Assembly (NCBI GenBank): GCA_002310995.1
Contig: DBYV01000055.1
Location: 12,596-76,595, forward strand
DNA: 64,000 nt
Direction: 5' to 3'
Origin: a bacterium UBP6_UBA1177
GTDB taxonomy: Bacteria; UBP6; UBA1177
Shown: in pieces, positions 16,087-24,522 of the stretch
Position numbering within the stretch: position 1 is the first letter of the stretch
How the letters are laid out: every line of letters begins with the position of its first letter
Program-made: the position numbers and the translations under genes
The notes under the pieces: model-generated
Seen by the model: the letters and a program-made list of their open reading frames with translations, nothing else
Told to the model about the DNA's origin: nothing
Databases searched by the model: none

Positions 16087-16968
16087 ATGGAACATCTGGA
16101 CAGGCTTGAAGCCACTTCAATCCACATCATCAGGGAATCTTACGCGAATTTCAAAAATCTCGGTATGCTCTGGTCAATCGGAAAGGACAGCACTGTTCTG
16201 CTCTGGCTCGTGAAAAAAGCGTTTTTCGGTCACGTTCCGTTTCCGCTGATTCACATCGACACACACTACAAAATCCCTGAAATGATTGAATACCGCGACA
16301 ACCTCACAAAAGAGTGGCACCTCAACATGGTTGTCGGAGTAAACGAAGAAGCCCTTGCCCAGAAGGCGACTTTCCCCGACGGAAATGTTGATAGAATCAC
16401 CTGCTGCCGCAATTTGAAAACACAGGCGCTGAAAGCAACTCTCGACGGCACAGGCAAAAGATACGTTTTCAACCACGAAAAAGGCTGCTACGAGCTTGAC
16501 AAATCGCATGAAGCTTTCACCGCGATAATTCTCGGGATCAGAAGCGACGAAGAGGGAAGCCGCTCGAAAGAACGCTACTTCTCGCCGCGAAACGCCTCGA
16601 ACGAATGGAATATCGGCGATCAGCCGCCTGAATTCTGGAACCAGTTCAAAACCGACTTCGCGCCGGGAACACACCTCAGGATACATCCGCTTCTCGACTG
16701 GACGGAACTCAACATCTGGGAATACATCGAACGAGAGAAAATACCGACCGTTTCGCTTTACTACGACCATGGCACAGGGAAAAGATACCGCTCTCTCGGA
16801 TGTTATCCGTGCACTTTCCCTGTTGAAAGTACCGCAAAAAATGTTGCCGAAATCATCGAAGAACTGAGGAGCGGCAAGTTCGCCAAAATCGCGGAACGCT
16901 CTGGCAGAGCGCAGGACAAAGATGACGGCGGCGGTCTGGAAACACTCAGGAAAGACGGGTACATGTAA
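16087..16968 (+). CDS. cysD: sulfate adenylyltransferase subunit 2
   Basis: A GGGAGG RBS precedes the ATG at 16087. Motifs: [24 protein letters not shown] (PP-loop), [16 protein letters not shown] and [10 protein letters not shown]. No cysN is present in the window. Confidence 0.92.
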   Translation: MEHLDRLEATSIHIIRESYANFKNLGMLWSIGKDSTVLLWLVKKAFFGHVPFPLIHIDTHYKIPEMIEYRDNLTKEWHLNMVVGVNEEALAQKATFPDGNVDRITCCRNLKTQALKATLDGTGKRYVFNHEKGCYELDKSHEAFTAIILGIRSDEEGSRSKERYFSPRNASNEWNIGDQPPEFWNQFKTDFAPGTHLRIHPLLDWTELNIWEYIEREKIPTVSLYYDHGTGKRYRSLGCYPCTFPVESTAKNVAEIIEELRSGKFAKIAERSGRAQDKDDGGGLETLRKDGYM

Positions 16969-16973
16969 AGACC

Positions 16974-17018
16974 TAGGGAATTTAGAGAATCTAGGGTGTC
17001 TAGGGAATTTAGGGATTT
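16974..17018 (+). repeat. 9-bp-periodic TAGGG array (5 units), 5 nt after the cysD stop codon
   Basis: TAGGGAATT TAGAGAATC TAGGGTGTC TAGGGAATT TAGGGATTT. TAG occurs at 16974, 16983, 16992, 17001 and 17010. It shares the exact unit TAGGGTGTC with the 444-522 array. Confidence 0.9.
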
Positions 17019-17125
17019 CTCAGATTTTTGTTGCAATAAAATAAAAAAAATATTATGTCTCAGACGTTCTTTGTTTTGTAAAATTTTGTGTCCCGTTTTT
17101 TTTAATATTTTTTTAGGAGTTAAAA

Positions 17126-18565
17126 ATGGCAACAAAGAAAGCAACACCGGCTGCAAAAGCTGCTCCGGCAAAGAAACCGTGCGCAAAAAAAGCTTGCTGC
17201 GCAAAAACAGTTAAAGACGTTAAAGCTGCTGAAATCAAAGGAATGAAGGCTTCCCAGGTTCACGAGATCCTCGGCAAGTACATCCTCAAAGACGGCTACG
17301 ACATGGTTGTCGACACCGAAAAAAGCCACGGCAGCTACATGTATGACGCAAAACACAACAAAGAGTACCTCGATTTCTTCTCATTCTTTGCTTCAATGCC
17401 GATCGGATTCAACCATCCGAAACTTCACAACGATGAGTTCATCAAAGAGATCGGTGAAGTAGCTCTTCACAAAATTTCGAACAGCGACTTCTACACCACG
17501 ACTATGGCTGAATTTGTAGAAGCTATGGCTGAAACCGCAAAACCGGCTTACATGAAGAAGATGTTCTTCGTTGACGGCGGCGGTCTTGCAGTTGAGAACG
17601 CACTTAAAACCGCTTTCGACTGGAAGTTCAGAAAGAACCTTGAAAAGGGTGTCAGAATCGACGAAAACGAGATGAAGATCATCCACTTCAAACAGGCTTT
17701 CCACGGCAGAACCGGTTACACCCTTTCGCTCACCAACACTTCCGACCCGAGAAAATATATGTATTTCCCGAAATTCGACTGGCCGAGAATCACAAACCCG
17801 AAAGCTATTTTCCCGCTTGAAGGCGAAAATCTGAAAAAGACCATCGAAGCAGAAAAAGTTGCTTGCAAGGAAATCCAGGATGCATGCGACAAATTCGGCA
17901 GCCAGATCGCCGGCCTCATCATTGAACCGGTTCAGGGCGAAGGCGGTGACAACCACTTCAGAAAAGAGTTCATTCAGGAACTCAGAAAGTTCGCTGACAA
18001 ATACGATTTCCTCCTTATCTTCGACGAAGTTCAGGCAGGCGGAGGTCTCAGCGGCAAATGGTGGACACACGAGCACTACGGCGTAAAACCCGACATCATC
18101 TGCTTCGGAAAGAAATTCCAGGTTTGCGGTATCCTTGCAAACGACAGAGTCCTTTCGGTCAAGAATAATGTTTTCGTTGAATCGAGCAGACTTAACTCGA
18201 CCTGGGGCGGCAACATCGTCGATATGAAGAGAACCGCTCGTTACCTCAAGATCATAAAGGAAGAAAAGCTTGTTGAGAACGCAGCGAAAATGGGAAAAAT
18301 CCTTCTCGAAGGACTTGAAGCACTGTCCAAGAAGACAAAAGGCAAAATCTTCAACGTCAGAGGCAAAGGTCTTCTCTGCGCATTCGATATGAAAGACGGC
18401 GCTGCTAGAAACAAATTCATTGACGACTGCATGAACAAGGAAAACATGATCGTTCTTGCATGCGGCGACAACTCCATCAGATTCAGACCGTTCCTTGACA
18501 TCACCGAAGCTGACGTTAAAGAAGGTTTGAAGAGAATGGAAAGAGTTCTCACCGCTAAAAAATAA
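17126..18565 (+). CDS. lat: L-lysine 6-transaminase (class III aminotransferase) with a K/A-rich N-terminal extension
   Basis: VHEILGKYILKDGYDMVVDTEKSHGSYMYDAKHNKEYLDFFSFFASMPIGFNHPKL matches the LAT family N-terminus as I remember it. FDEVQAGGG also fits, and the expected PLP Lys region (FGKKFQVCG) is present. An AGGAG RBS precedes the ATG at 17126. Confidence 0.85.
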   Translation: MATKKATPAAKAAPAKKPCAKKACCAKTVKDVKAAEIKGMKASQVHEILGKYILKDGYDMVVDTEKSHGSYMYDAKHNKEYLDFFSFFASMPIGFNHPKLHNDEFIKEIGEVALHKISNSDFYTTTMAEFVEAMAETAKPAYMKKMFFVDGGGLAVENALKTAFDWKFRKNLEKGVRIDENEMKIIHFKQAFHGRTGYTLSLTNTSDPRKYMYFPKFDWPRITNPKAIFPLEGENLKKTIEAEKVACKEIQDACDKFGSQIAGLIIEPVQGEGGDNHFRKEFIQELRKFADKYDFLLIFDEVQAGGGLSGKWWTHEHYGVKPDIICFGKKFQVCGILANDRVLSVKNNVFVESSRLNSTWGGNIVDMKRTARYLKIIKEEKLVENAAKMGKILLEGLEALSKKTKGKIFNVRGKGLLCAFDMKDGAARNKFIDDCMNKENMIVLACGDNSIRFRPFLDITEADVKEGLKRMERVLTAKK

Positions 18566-18590
18566 CGGAAAATCTCCATTATAACCTCAA

Positions 18591-18619
18591 AGAGCCGGCT
18601 CAGACCGGCTCTTTTTTTA
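18591..18619 (+). terminator. rho-independent terminator after lat
   Basis: AGAGCCGG (18591-98), loop CTCAGA, CCGGCTCT (18605-12), then TTTTTTT (18613-19). Confidence 0.85.
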
Positions 18620-18691
18620 TGTAGCAAAGTCAAAAATTTGTTTTCGCACTGTTTTCATATAAAATACATGGATTTTTTTTCTGGAGGTCTG

Positions 18692-19237
18692 ATGAATTCA
18701 GTTCGTTTTTGCCCAGGCGCAGTAATTTTTGCCGTAATTTTAAGCACTCTTTCACTTCTTGTATTTTCGTGTTCTCCAAAAGAAGAGGTCACAAAAGAAC
18801 CCGATTTAACAATAAACCAAACCGATATTATGCTTCTTATCGAACACAAAAAAACGATTGACGCCATAACATCGGAATATGACAAAAAAATCTCTGAAGC
18901 GCAGCCAGGAGCGTCATACAAACTGATTGAAGAAGGTAAAAGTGAGATAAACAAATATCTCGAGAGCAAAGGGCTTAAACCCGAAATTTTCATGAAAAAG
19001 TCAAAAAAAATACTGAAATGCTACATTGCCTTCAACGAAATCAGCGAAGAAACCATGCAAAAAAGGATTGAAATTCTGAAGAAAAACGACGCTTCAGAAA
19101 AAGATATCGAAATCAAAACCGCAGCATACAAAAAAGCCGGGGAAGCTTTCTACAAGGAAATGACCGCCGATCTCACGCAAAAAGAAATAGAACTAATCAA
19201 ATCGAATCTAAAAAATATCGCCGCAGTCACGGAATAA
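18692..19237 (+). CDS. lipoprotein, K/E-rich helical, unknown function
   Basis: A GGAGG RBS precedes the ATG at 18692. Signal plus lipobox is LSLLVFSC. No family recognised. Confidence 0.6.
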   Translation: MNSVRFCPGAVIFAVILSTLSLLVFSCSPKEEVTKEPDLTINQTDIMLLIEHKKTIDAITSEYDKKISEAQPGASYKLIEEGKSEINKYLESKGLKPEIFMKKSKKILKCYIAFNEISEETMQKRIEILKKNDASEKDIEIKTAAYKKAGEAFYKEMTADLTQKEIELIKSNLKNIAAVTE

Positions 19238-19249
19238 GTGGAGGAAGTA

Positions 19250-19861
19250 ATGCGAAAGACTGAACGACTTGATTTTGTTGGAGCTTTTGAACAGGGTTGG
19301 ATTCAATACAAGTCCAATTTCGAGAAACTTATAGGCTGGGGTATTGCAGTTGCCGTTCCGCCGCTTTTTTTCAATTTAAGCATTACGGCTGGCATAATTG
19401 TCACTTTCGTTACTGAAGGTTTTCTTCTTATCCTTCTCGCAAATTCTGTCATTTGCGCATCTCAAGGGATAAAAAACGACACTTTTTCATCGCCCAAGCT
19501 ACTTTTGACCTGCTTTAAGAACGGTTTTTTGATATCAATACTCCTTTTTCCCCTGCTAATTATAGGTGCAGCAGCGGCAGGAATACCTTCTGTCCTTCTT
19601 TTCAGCCTGTTCATGTTCACGTTTTTCATCACGGCTCGCAAACAGAAATTTGCCGTTGACGCTATGATGGACAGTCTCCGCGAGGGCAACGGATACAGAC
19701 TTCCGCTCTTCCTGTTTGCGCTTATTTTCTACGCATCGGCAGCTCTGGCTCTGCTTATCGCTCAGTTGTTCATGCCACTCGGGTTTATTGCCGGCGCTCT
19801 TATAACGCCCTATTTTTTCTCGGTAATTTATGAATTTTATGATCAATTAGAGACAAAATGA
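19250..19861 (+). CDS. integral membrane protein, unknown function
   Basis: A GGAGGAAG RBS precedes the ATG at 19250. It has at least 4 hydrophobic helices. Its stop overlaps the next start (ATGA). Confidence 0.6.
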   Translation: MRKTERLDFVGAFEQGWIQYKSNFEKLIGWGIAVAVPPLFFNLSITAGIIVTFVTEGFLLILLANSVICASQGIKNDTFSSPKLLLTCFKNGFLISILLFPLLIIGAAAAGIPSVLLFSLFMFTFFITARKQKFAVDAMMDSLREGNGYRLPLFLFALIFYASAALALLIAQLFMPLGFIAGALITPYFFSVIYEFYDQLETK

Positions 19862-20904
19862 TGAATTACGAAACAGATTTTCTGGCTTATCAGCTCCTGA
19901 GCCTTTACAAAGGGAGAAAGGTTCTTGATTTTTTCGTTGAACCGCTTTTCGGCGATGCTTCCGGCAGATCATACTGCCGCGTATACTTTGAAAACACTTC
20001 CGTCGTAATGATGAAAGTTGCAAACATCAAACCAGGTGAATTCGGACGTGGTGATTCCTTCAACGATTTCATGGAGATCCGTAATTTTTTGGGCAGTATT
20101 GGCGTGAATGTTCCCGAGATTCTTGCAGTAATTGACGAACAGAAAGCGATGCTTCTAGAAGATTTAGGAGACATCACTCTTTTCAAGCTAATAGAAAATG
20201 ACAAAAAGAACAAGTTCAAATACATAAAAGATGCTCTTGATCTGCTTGCCGATACGCAACAAAAACTTTACTCCCGCACAACATTCAATACTCCGGCAGA
20301 CAAAAGACGTTTCACCACAAAACTTTTCATGGACGAGTTCTACCATTTTTACGAATATATGATTGCCAAAAGGGTTTACGCTGTTCCTTACAAAAATCTG
20401 TGGCCTAAACTTGAAAAATACTGTACCAGAATTTCGAAAGAACTTTCGACTCTCCCCTACTTCTTTTCACACAGAGATTTCCAGTCGAAAAATATAATGG
20501 TAAAAGATGAAAAAAAATATCTCATTGATTTTCAGGATGCCCTGATGGCACCTGCGGTATACGACCTTGTTTCACTGCTTCGCGATTCTTACGTCACCCT
20601 TTCCGCAGAAGAACTTTCTTCCCTCCTTTCCTATTTCTGGAATACTAACAGCGTAATGCACGAAGTTTTCAACGATTACGAGGCTTACGAGCATGCTTTC
20701 TACATTCAGACACTGCAACGCAAAATGAAAGATGCCGGCAGATTCGTCTATCTCAACCAGGTAAAAGGCAAAGAATGGTTTGTTCCATATATTCTGCCGA
20801 CACTCGGCTATGTGAAAGATGCCCTTTTAAAACTTGAGCTCGAAAAGATTCTGGATCTTCTTGCTCCGTTTATTCCTGAATTCGACAATGGGAGAACAAA
20901 GTGA
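19858..20904 (+). CDS. APH-fold sugar kinase, AmgK-like (anomeric MurNAc/GlcNAc kinase candidate)
   Basis: Catalytic loop SHRDFQSKNIMV and metal-binding IDFQDA. It overlaps the downstream nucleotidyltransferase by 4 nt, which is the AmgK-MurU gene-pair pattern. Substrate not verifiable here. Confidence 0.55.
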   Translation: MMNYETDFLAYQLLSLYKGRKVLDFFVEPLFGDASGRSYCRVYFENTSVVMMKVANIKPGEFGRGDSFNDFMEIRNFLGSIGVNVPEILAVIDEQKAMLLEDLGDITLFKLIENDKKNKFKYIKDALDLLADTQQKLYSRTTFNTPADKRRFTTKLFMDEFYHFYEYMIAKRVYAVPYKNLWPKLEKYCTRISKELSTLPYFFSHRDFQSKNIMVKDEKKYLIDFQDALMAPAVYDLVSLLRDSYVTLSAEELSSLLSYFWNTNSVMHEVFNDYEAYEHAFYIQTLQRKMKDAGRFVYLNQVKGKEWFVPYILPTLGYVKDALLKLELEKILDLLAPFIPEFDNGRTK

Positions 20905-21929
20905 AAGCCCTAATTTTAGCAGCAGGTTTCGGAACCAGAATGGCTCCGATCACAGACACAATCCCAAAGCCGCTGATACCGGTCCTGAACCGCCCGACCA
21001 TAGAATACAATATCTACTTTCTGAAACACTACGGGATAAAGGAAATCTACATCAACCTTCATTCACACGGTGAAAAGATCGCCAAAGCTCTCGGCAATGG
21101 CAGCAAATACGGTGTAAATATCGAATATCTGCATGAGAGCGAAATTCTAGGCACAGGTGGTGCAATCGCTTCAATGGAACCTTTTGTCAAAAAAGAGCCC
21201 TTCATCGTCATAAATTCCGACACAATATTCAACTTTGACCTTGACAAGATGATCGAAAGCCACAATCACTCTGATTCTCTGGCGACTTTAGGCATACTTC
21301 CGGCTTCCCAGAAAGATCCGCGCGCCGTTATCCGTGTAGACGGCAACAAAATAGTACGACTGCTCAATGAGTCCTTCTATGACACGATTCCTGAAGGCAA
21401 CGCGCTTTTCACAGGCATCCATGTCATAAATCCGCAGCTTCTCGAATTTATTCCCAAAGACTGCTTCGTTTCAATCACAAGCTATGTCTATAAACGAATA
21501 ATCAAGTCTAGACGGAATCTCAATGCCTTTTATATCAAAGGCAACTGGTGGGATATGGGAACACCCGACGGATATCTCGACTGTTCGTTCGAACTGCTAC
21601 GCACCCTTCCGCTCAAATTCTTTGACGATACCGACATATTCGCTGACTATTACCACACAAAATACGAGCATTTAAACGGTGCCAACGAAGATTTTTTTGT
21701 CGCGCTCGGCAAAAAACTGAATTTCCCGCCGATAAAACAGGAACCTCCCATAGTAATAGGCAATAACTGTGAAATAGAAAAAAGCAGTGAAATCGTTCTC
21801 GGACCGAATCTCATTGCGGGCAACGGTGCTGTTCTCACGGCAGATCACGAACTTTCCAATGCAGTTTACCTTCCAGGAGCCGACGGAACGAAAGTAATTT
21901 ATGGGAAAAAAGGCAGAATTTATTACTGA
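20901..21929 (+). CDS. sugar-1-phosphate nucleotidyltransferase (MurU/GCD1-like) with a C-terminal beta-helix-like extension
   Basis: MKALILAAGFGTRMAPITDTIPKPLIPV carries the GxGTR signature. GTGGAI is also present. GTG start. Confidence 0.65.
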   Translation: MKALILAAGFGTRMAPITDTIPKPLIPVLNRPTIEYNIYFLKHYGIKEIYINLHSHGEKIAKALGNGSKYGVNIEYLHESEILGTGGAIASMEPFVKKEPFIVINSDTIFNFDLDKMIESHNHSDSLATLGILPASQKDPRAVIRVDGNKIVRLLNESFYDTIPEGNALFTGIHVINPQLLEFIPKDCFVSITSYVYKRIIKSRRNLNAFYIKGNWWDMGTPDGYLDCSFELLRTLPLKFFDDTDIFADYYHTKYEHLNGANEDFFVALGKKLNFPPIKQEPPIVIGNNCEIEKSSEIVLGPNLIAGNGAVLTADHELSNAVYLPGADGTKVIYGKKGRIYY

Positions 21930-21972
21930 TTCCGGAAAAACCGCTTTTTAGACTCAAAAATCTCCAAAACTC

Positions 21973-22000
21973 TTGACTTAGACAGCTTTCGGACTAAAAT
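21973..22000 (+). promoter_or_regulatory. promoter of the XRE-lipoprotein-hypothetical operon
   Basis: TTGACT (21973-78), 16-nt spacer, TAAAAT (21995-22000), 24 nt before the ATG at 22024. Confidence 0.55.
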
Positions 22001-22023
22001 TTTTCGTTTTTGAGGAGTATGCC

Positions 22024-22236
22024 ATGGAAAAAGAAAAGACAAATAATTTGAAAACAATAAGAGAAAAAAGATTAATCAGCAAAACCGAGCTTGCCCGCGA
22101 AGCCGAAATTTCGCTCGTGACTCTTGACAGAATAGAAAAAGGATATGACTGCCGCCTTTCCACAAAAAGAAAAATCATAGAGGCACTTGGTCTTACTTTT
22201 GATGACAAAGATGAAGTGTTTCCTGAGGAAAAATAA
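22024..22236 (+). CDS. XRE-family helix-turn-helix transcriptional regulator (70 aa)
   Basis: LKTIREKRLISKTELAREAEISLVTLDRIEKG is a typical HTH_3 pattern. A GAGGAG RBS is present. Confidence 0.8.
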   Translation: MEKEKTNNLKTIREKRLISKTELAREAEISLVTLDRIEKGYDCRLSTKRKIIEALGLTFDDKDEVFPEEK

Positions 22237-22256
22237 CAGAAACAACGGAGATTAAG

Positions 22257-23117
22257 ATGAAAAAGTTTCAGTTCACTGGTTTGATTTTTACGCTTTTCCT
22301 TGCATTTTTCGCAGTTTCGTGCGCCGGCTCGAAAGGCGAAGCAGAAAAAACGATAGATTCTTATGTCGAGCTTCTCAAAGCGAAGAATTTTGCAAGAGCT
22401 TGGGAAATGCTTGACCAGGAATCACAGGAAATTGTCGGCCAGAAAAAATTCATAGAAGACGCACAGAATATTTCCGGCAACGCAATGTTCCTTAAAAACA
22501 AGCCAATTAAAATCAATGAAGCCGGTGACAAAGCAATAATGGAAACCGAATATACTGGTCAGAAAGTCGCTTTCAACAAGCTTCCCGATGCAAAAATCAC
22601 CTACTACGCAAGCAAAAACAACGGTAAGTGGCAGGTCAGACTTCAGGAAAGAATCGACCAGATCAAGGAAGAGCAGAAACGCGATTCCATCGAAATTCCT
22701 ATTGATCCTGAACTTATCGAAACCGCAAAACTTTACAAAGACAAGATCGAAGTCAAAAACCTCCGCAACGGCGAGGTCGGTGACGGTCCCACAGCTCAGT
22801 ATATGATGGATGCAACGGTTAAAAACAACACCGACAAACCGCTCAGCTATGTCGGCGTTCTCGTAAAATTCATGGACGATGCAGAGCAGAAAGTTCTTTT
22901 TGAAAAAACTTTCTTCGTAATCTACACCCGTCAGATTGAAGAAATTTACCCGATTCAGCCCGGTGAAGAAAGAAACATCATCATCCCCGGCTACGATGCA
23001 GGCGATATCGACGGCAACTGGACAGGAAAACTTCAGTGGGAAGTCAACGCAGTCAAAGTTGCTACTCAGGCAGAACTTATCAAAATCGAAGATCTAAATC
23101 TTCCTAAAAAGAAATAA
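22257..23117 (+). CDS. lipoprotein, unknown function
   Basis: Lipobox FFAVSC. The N-terminal part resembles DUF4878-type lipoproteins (weak). The stop overlaps the next start (TAATG). Confidence 0.6.
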   Translation: MKKFQFTGLIFTLFLAFFAVSCAGSKGEAEKTIDSYVELLKAKNFARAWEMLDQESQEIVGQKKFIEDAQNISGNAMFLKNKPIKINEAGDKAIMETEYTGQKVAFNKLPDAKITYYASKNNGKWQVRLQERIDQIKEEQKRDSIEIPIDPELIETAKLYKDKIEVKNLRNGEVGDGPTAQYMMDATVKNNTDKPLSYVGVLVKFMDDAEQKVLFEKTFFVIYTRQIEEIYPIQPGEERNIIIPGYDAGDIDGNWTGKLQWEVNAVKVATQAELIKIEDLNLPKKK

Positions 23118-23686
23118 TGCAGATCGGCGAATTCGTTTCTACACTCATCACAAAAATAGAAAAATTAGACCACGATTTCAATATGTATTTCACAGCTCAG
23201 GAGAAAAAAGCTCCGCTTCAGGCCTTGGAAAACATGAAGAAAGAAGTCTCTCTTCTTATGAGAAACGCCACGATGTCTCAGAATCTCGTCGAGCAGAATC
23301 TGGCAACGCAGCTCGTCAACCGTTTCACGACTTACCGTCAGAAATGGGAAAGATGCGTCCGAGACATCGAGGAAGGACGCGCAAAACCTGGCTGTAAATT
23401 CTTCGGATGTGCCGGAAGCAGCGATCTGAGTGATCTGAAATCGGCGGCAAATTCGATTGAAAGGCGTGATGCCGAAGCATTCGCGATGAGTGCGATGATT
23501 GATCAGACCGCCAATAAATTCATTGAGTTAAGCAAAAAATACTCAAACAAATCTTACAGTTTCGATGCTGTAGCCGAAATGCTCACAAAGAAAATCGGCG
23601 ATGTCCGCGAAAAATTCGGCAACAACTTCTCGTTTGATGTCTACTACGAAGACGGCAAAGTCAAAATCAAGCCGGTAAGACGGTAA
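23117..23686 (+). CDS. hypothetical helical protein (189 aa)
   Basis: Translationally coupled to the lipoprotein gene. No signal peptide and no family recognised. Confidence 0.55.
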   Translation: MQIGEFVSTLITKIEKLDHDFNMYFTAQEKKAPLQALENMKKEVSLLMRNATMSQNLVEQNLATQLVNRFTTYRQKWERCVRDIEEGRAKPGCKFFGCAGSSDLSDLKSAANSIERRDAEAFAMSAMIDQTANKFIELSKKYSNKSYSFDAVAEMLTKKIGDVREKFGNNFSFDVYYEDGKVKIKPVRR

Positions 23687-23742
23687 TCACATCTTATTGC
23701 GCGTCATTCTGAGCACAAAGAAGAATCCCTGAGAGATATTAA

Positions 23743-23762
23743 AGACGTTTCAGGAAACGTCT
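23743..23762. terminator. hairpin between convergent genes (possible bidirectional terminator)
   Basis: AGACGTTT (23743-50), loop CAGG, AAACGTCT (23755-62). There is no clear U-tract on either side. Confidence 0.4.
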
Positions 23763-23769
23763 CTACCTG

Positions 23770-24522
23770 TTAATTTTTGCTGTACTTGTCAACATTGAAG
23801 AAGCGCTGGACTTTGAATATTTCGGAAGCCATCGCGCCATCAAATGTTCCTGAGAAGAGAACGTGCTTATCTGCAAGCATAAGAACTTTCTGAGCTGTTC
23901 TTTTTATTGAAAGAAGTTCGTGCGTTACGATGAAATAAGTGGTTCCCAGCTGCTCGTTGAGCTTGATGAAAAGCATGTCGAGATCGCGCGCCGTGACGGG
24001 ATCGAGACCAGCCTGAGGCTCGTCAAAAAAGATGATGTCGGGATCAAGAACGAGCGCACGGGCAAGTGCTCCCCTTTTTTTCATACCGCCCGAAAGCTCC
24101 TGAGGAAACTTGTCTCGGTGTTTATAGAGATTAACCATCGCAAGTTTTTCGTCAGCCATGTCTTTCGCTGTTTTTTTGGAAAAATCAGGATAGTGCATCG
24201 TTATCGGCAGCATGATGTTTTCTTCGAGAGTGAGCGAATTAAGAAGCGCCGAGTTTTGGTATAAGATACCGATTTTCTTATAAAAATCTGAATCTTCCGG
24301 CATTGGGTGAACAATTTCTTCTTCGTGGAAAAAAATTTTTCCGCTTGTTGGCGGGTTCAAGCCGACGATCGCCTTCATCAAAGTCGATTTTCCGCAGCCT
24401 GACTCGCCTAAAACGATGAAACGTTCCCCTTTTTCAATCTGGAACGTTATGTCTTCGAGAATCGTTCCCGCTCCATATCCGGCGGTAAGATTCTCGGTTC
24501 TGAGCATTATTTCCCGGGGCAT
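23770..24522 (-). CDS. ABC transporter ATP-binding protein (MlaF-like), no permease adjacent
   Basis: Walker A GESGCGKST, signature LSGGMKKR, Walker B IIFFDEP, H-loop VTHE. An alternative start at ATG 24507 forms a TAATG overlap with the pckA stop. Confidence 0.85.
   Translation of the reverse strand: MPREIMLRTENLTAGYGAGTILEDITFQIEKGERFIVLGESGCGKSTLMKAIVGLNPPTSGKIFFHEEEIVHPMPEDSDFYKKIGILYQNSALLNSLTLEENIMLPITMHYPDFSKKTAKDMADEKLAMVNLYKHRDKFPQELSGGMKKRGALARALVLDPDIIFFDEPQAGLDPVTARDLDMLFIKLNEQLGTTYFIVTHELLSIKRTAQKVLMLADKHVLFSGTFDGAMASEIFKVQRFFNVDKYSKN

Noticed and set aside
16174-16770. Long antisense or shadow ORFs: 16174-16770, 17393-18076, 29541-30137, 34317-35036, 43917-44507, 49037-49753, 59283-60080, 60761-61282 and 61752-62264
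   Set aside because: Each lies entirely inside a confidently identified gene on the other strand. They lack RBSs, have low-complexity or Phe/Val/Arg-rich composition typical of antisense frames, and match no family I recognise.
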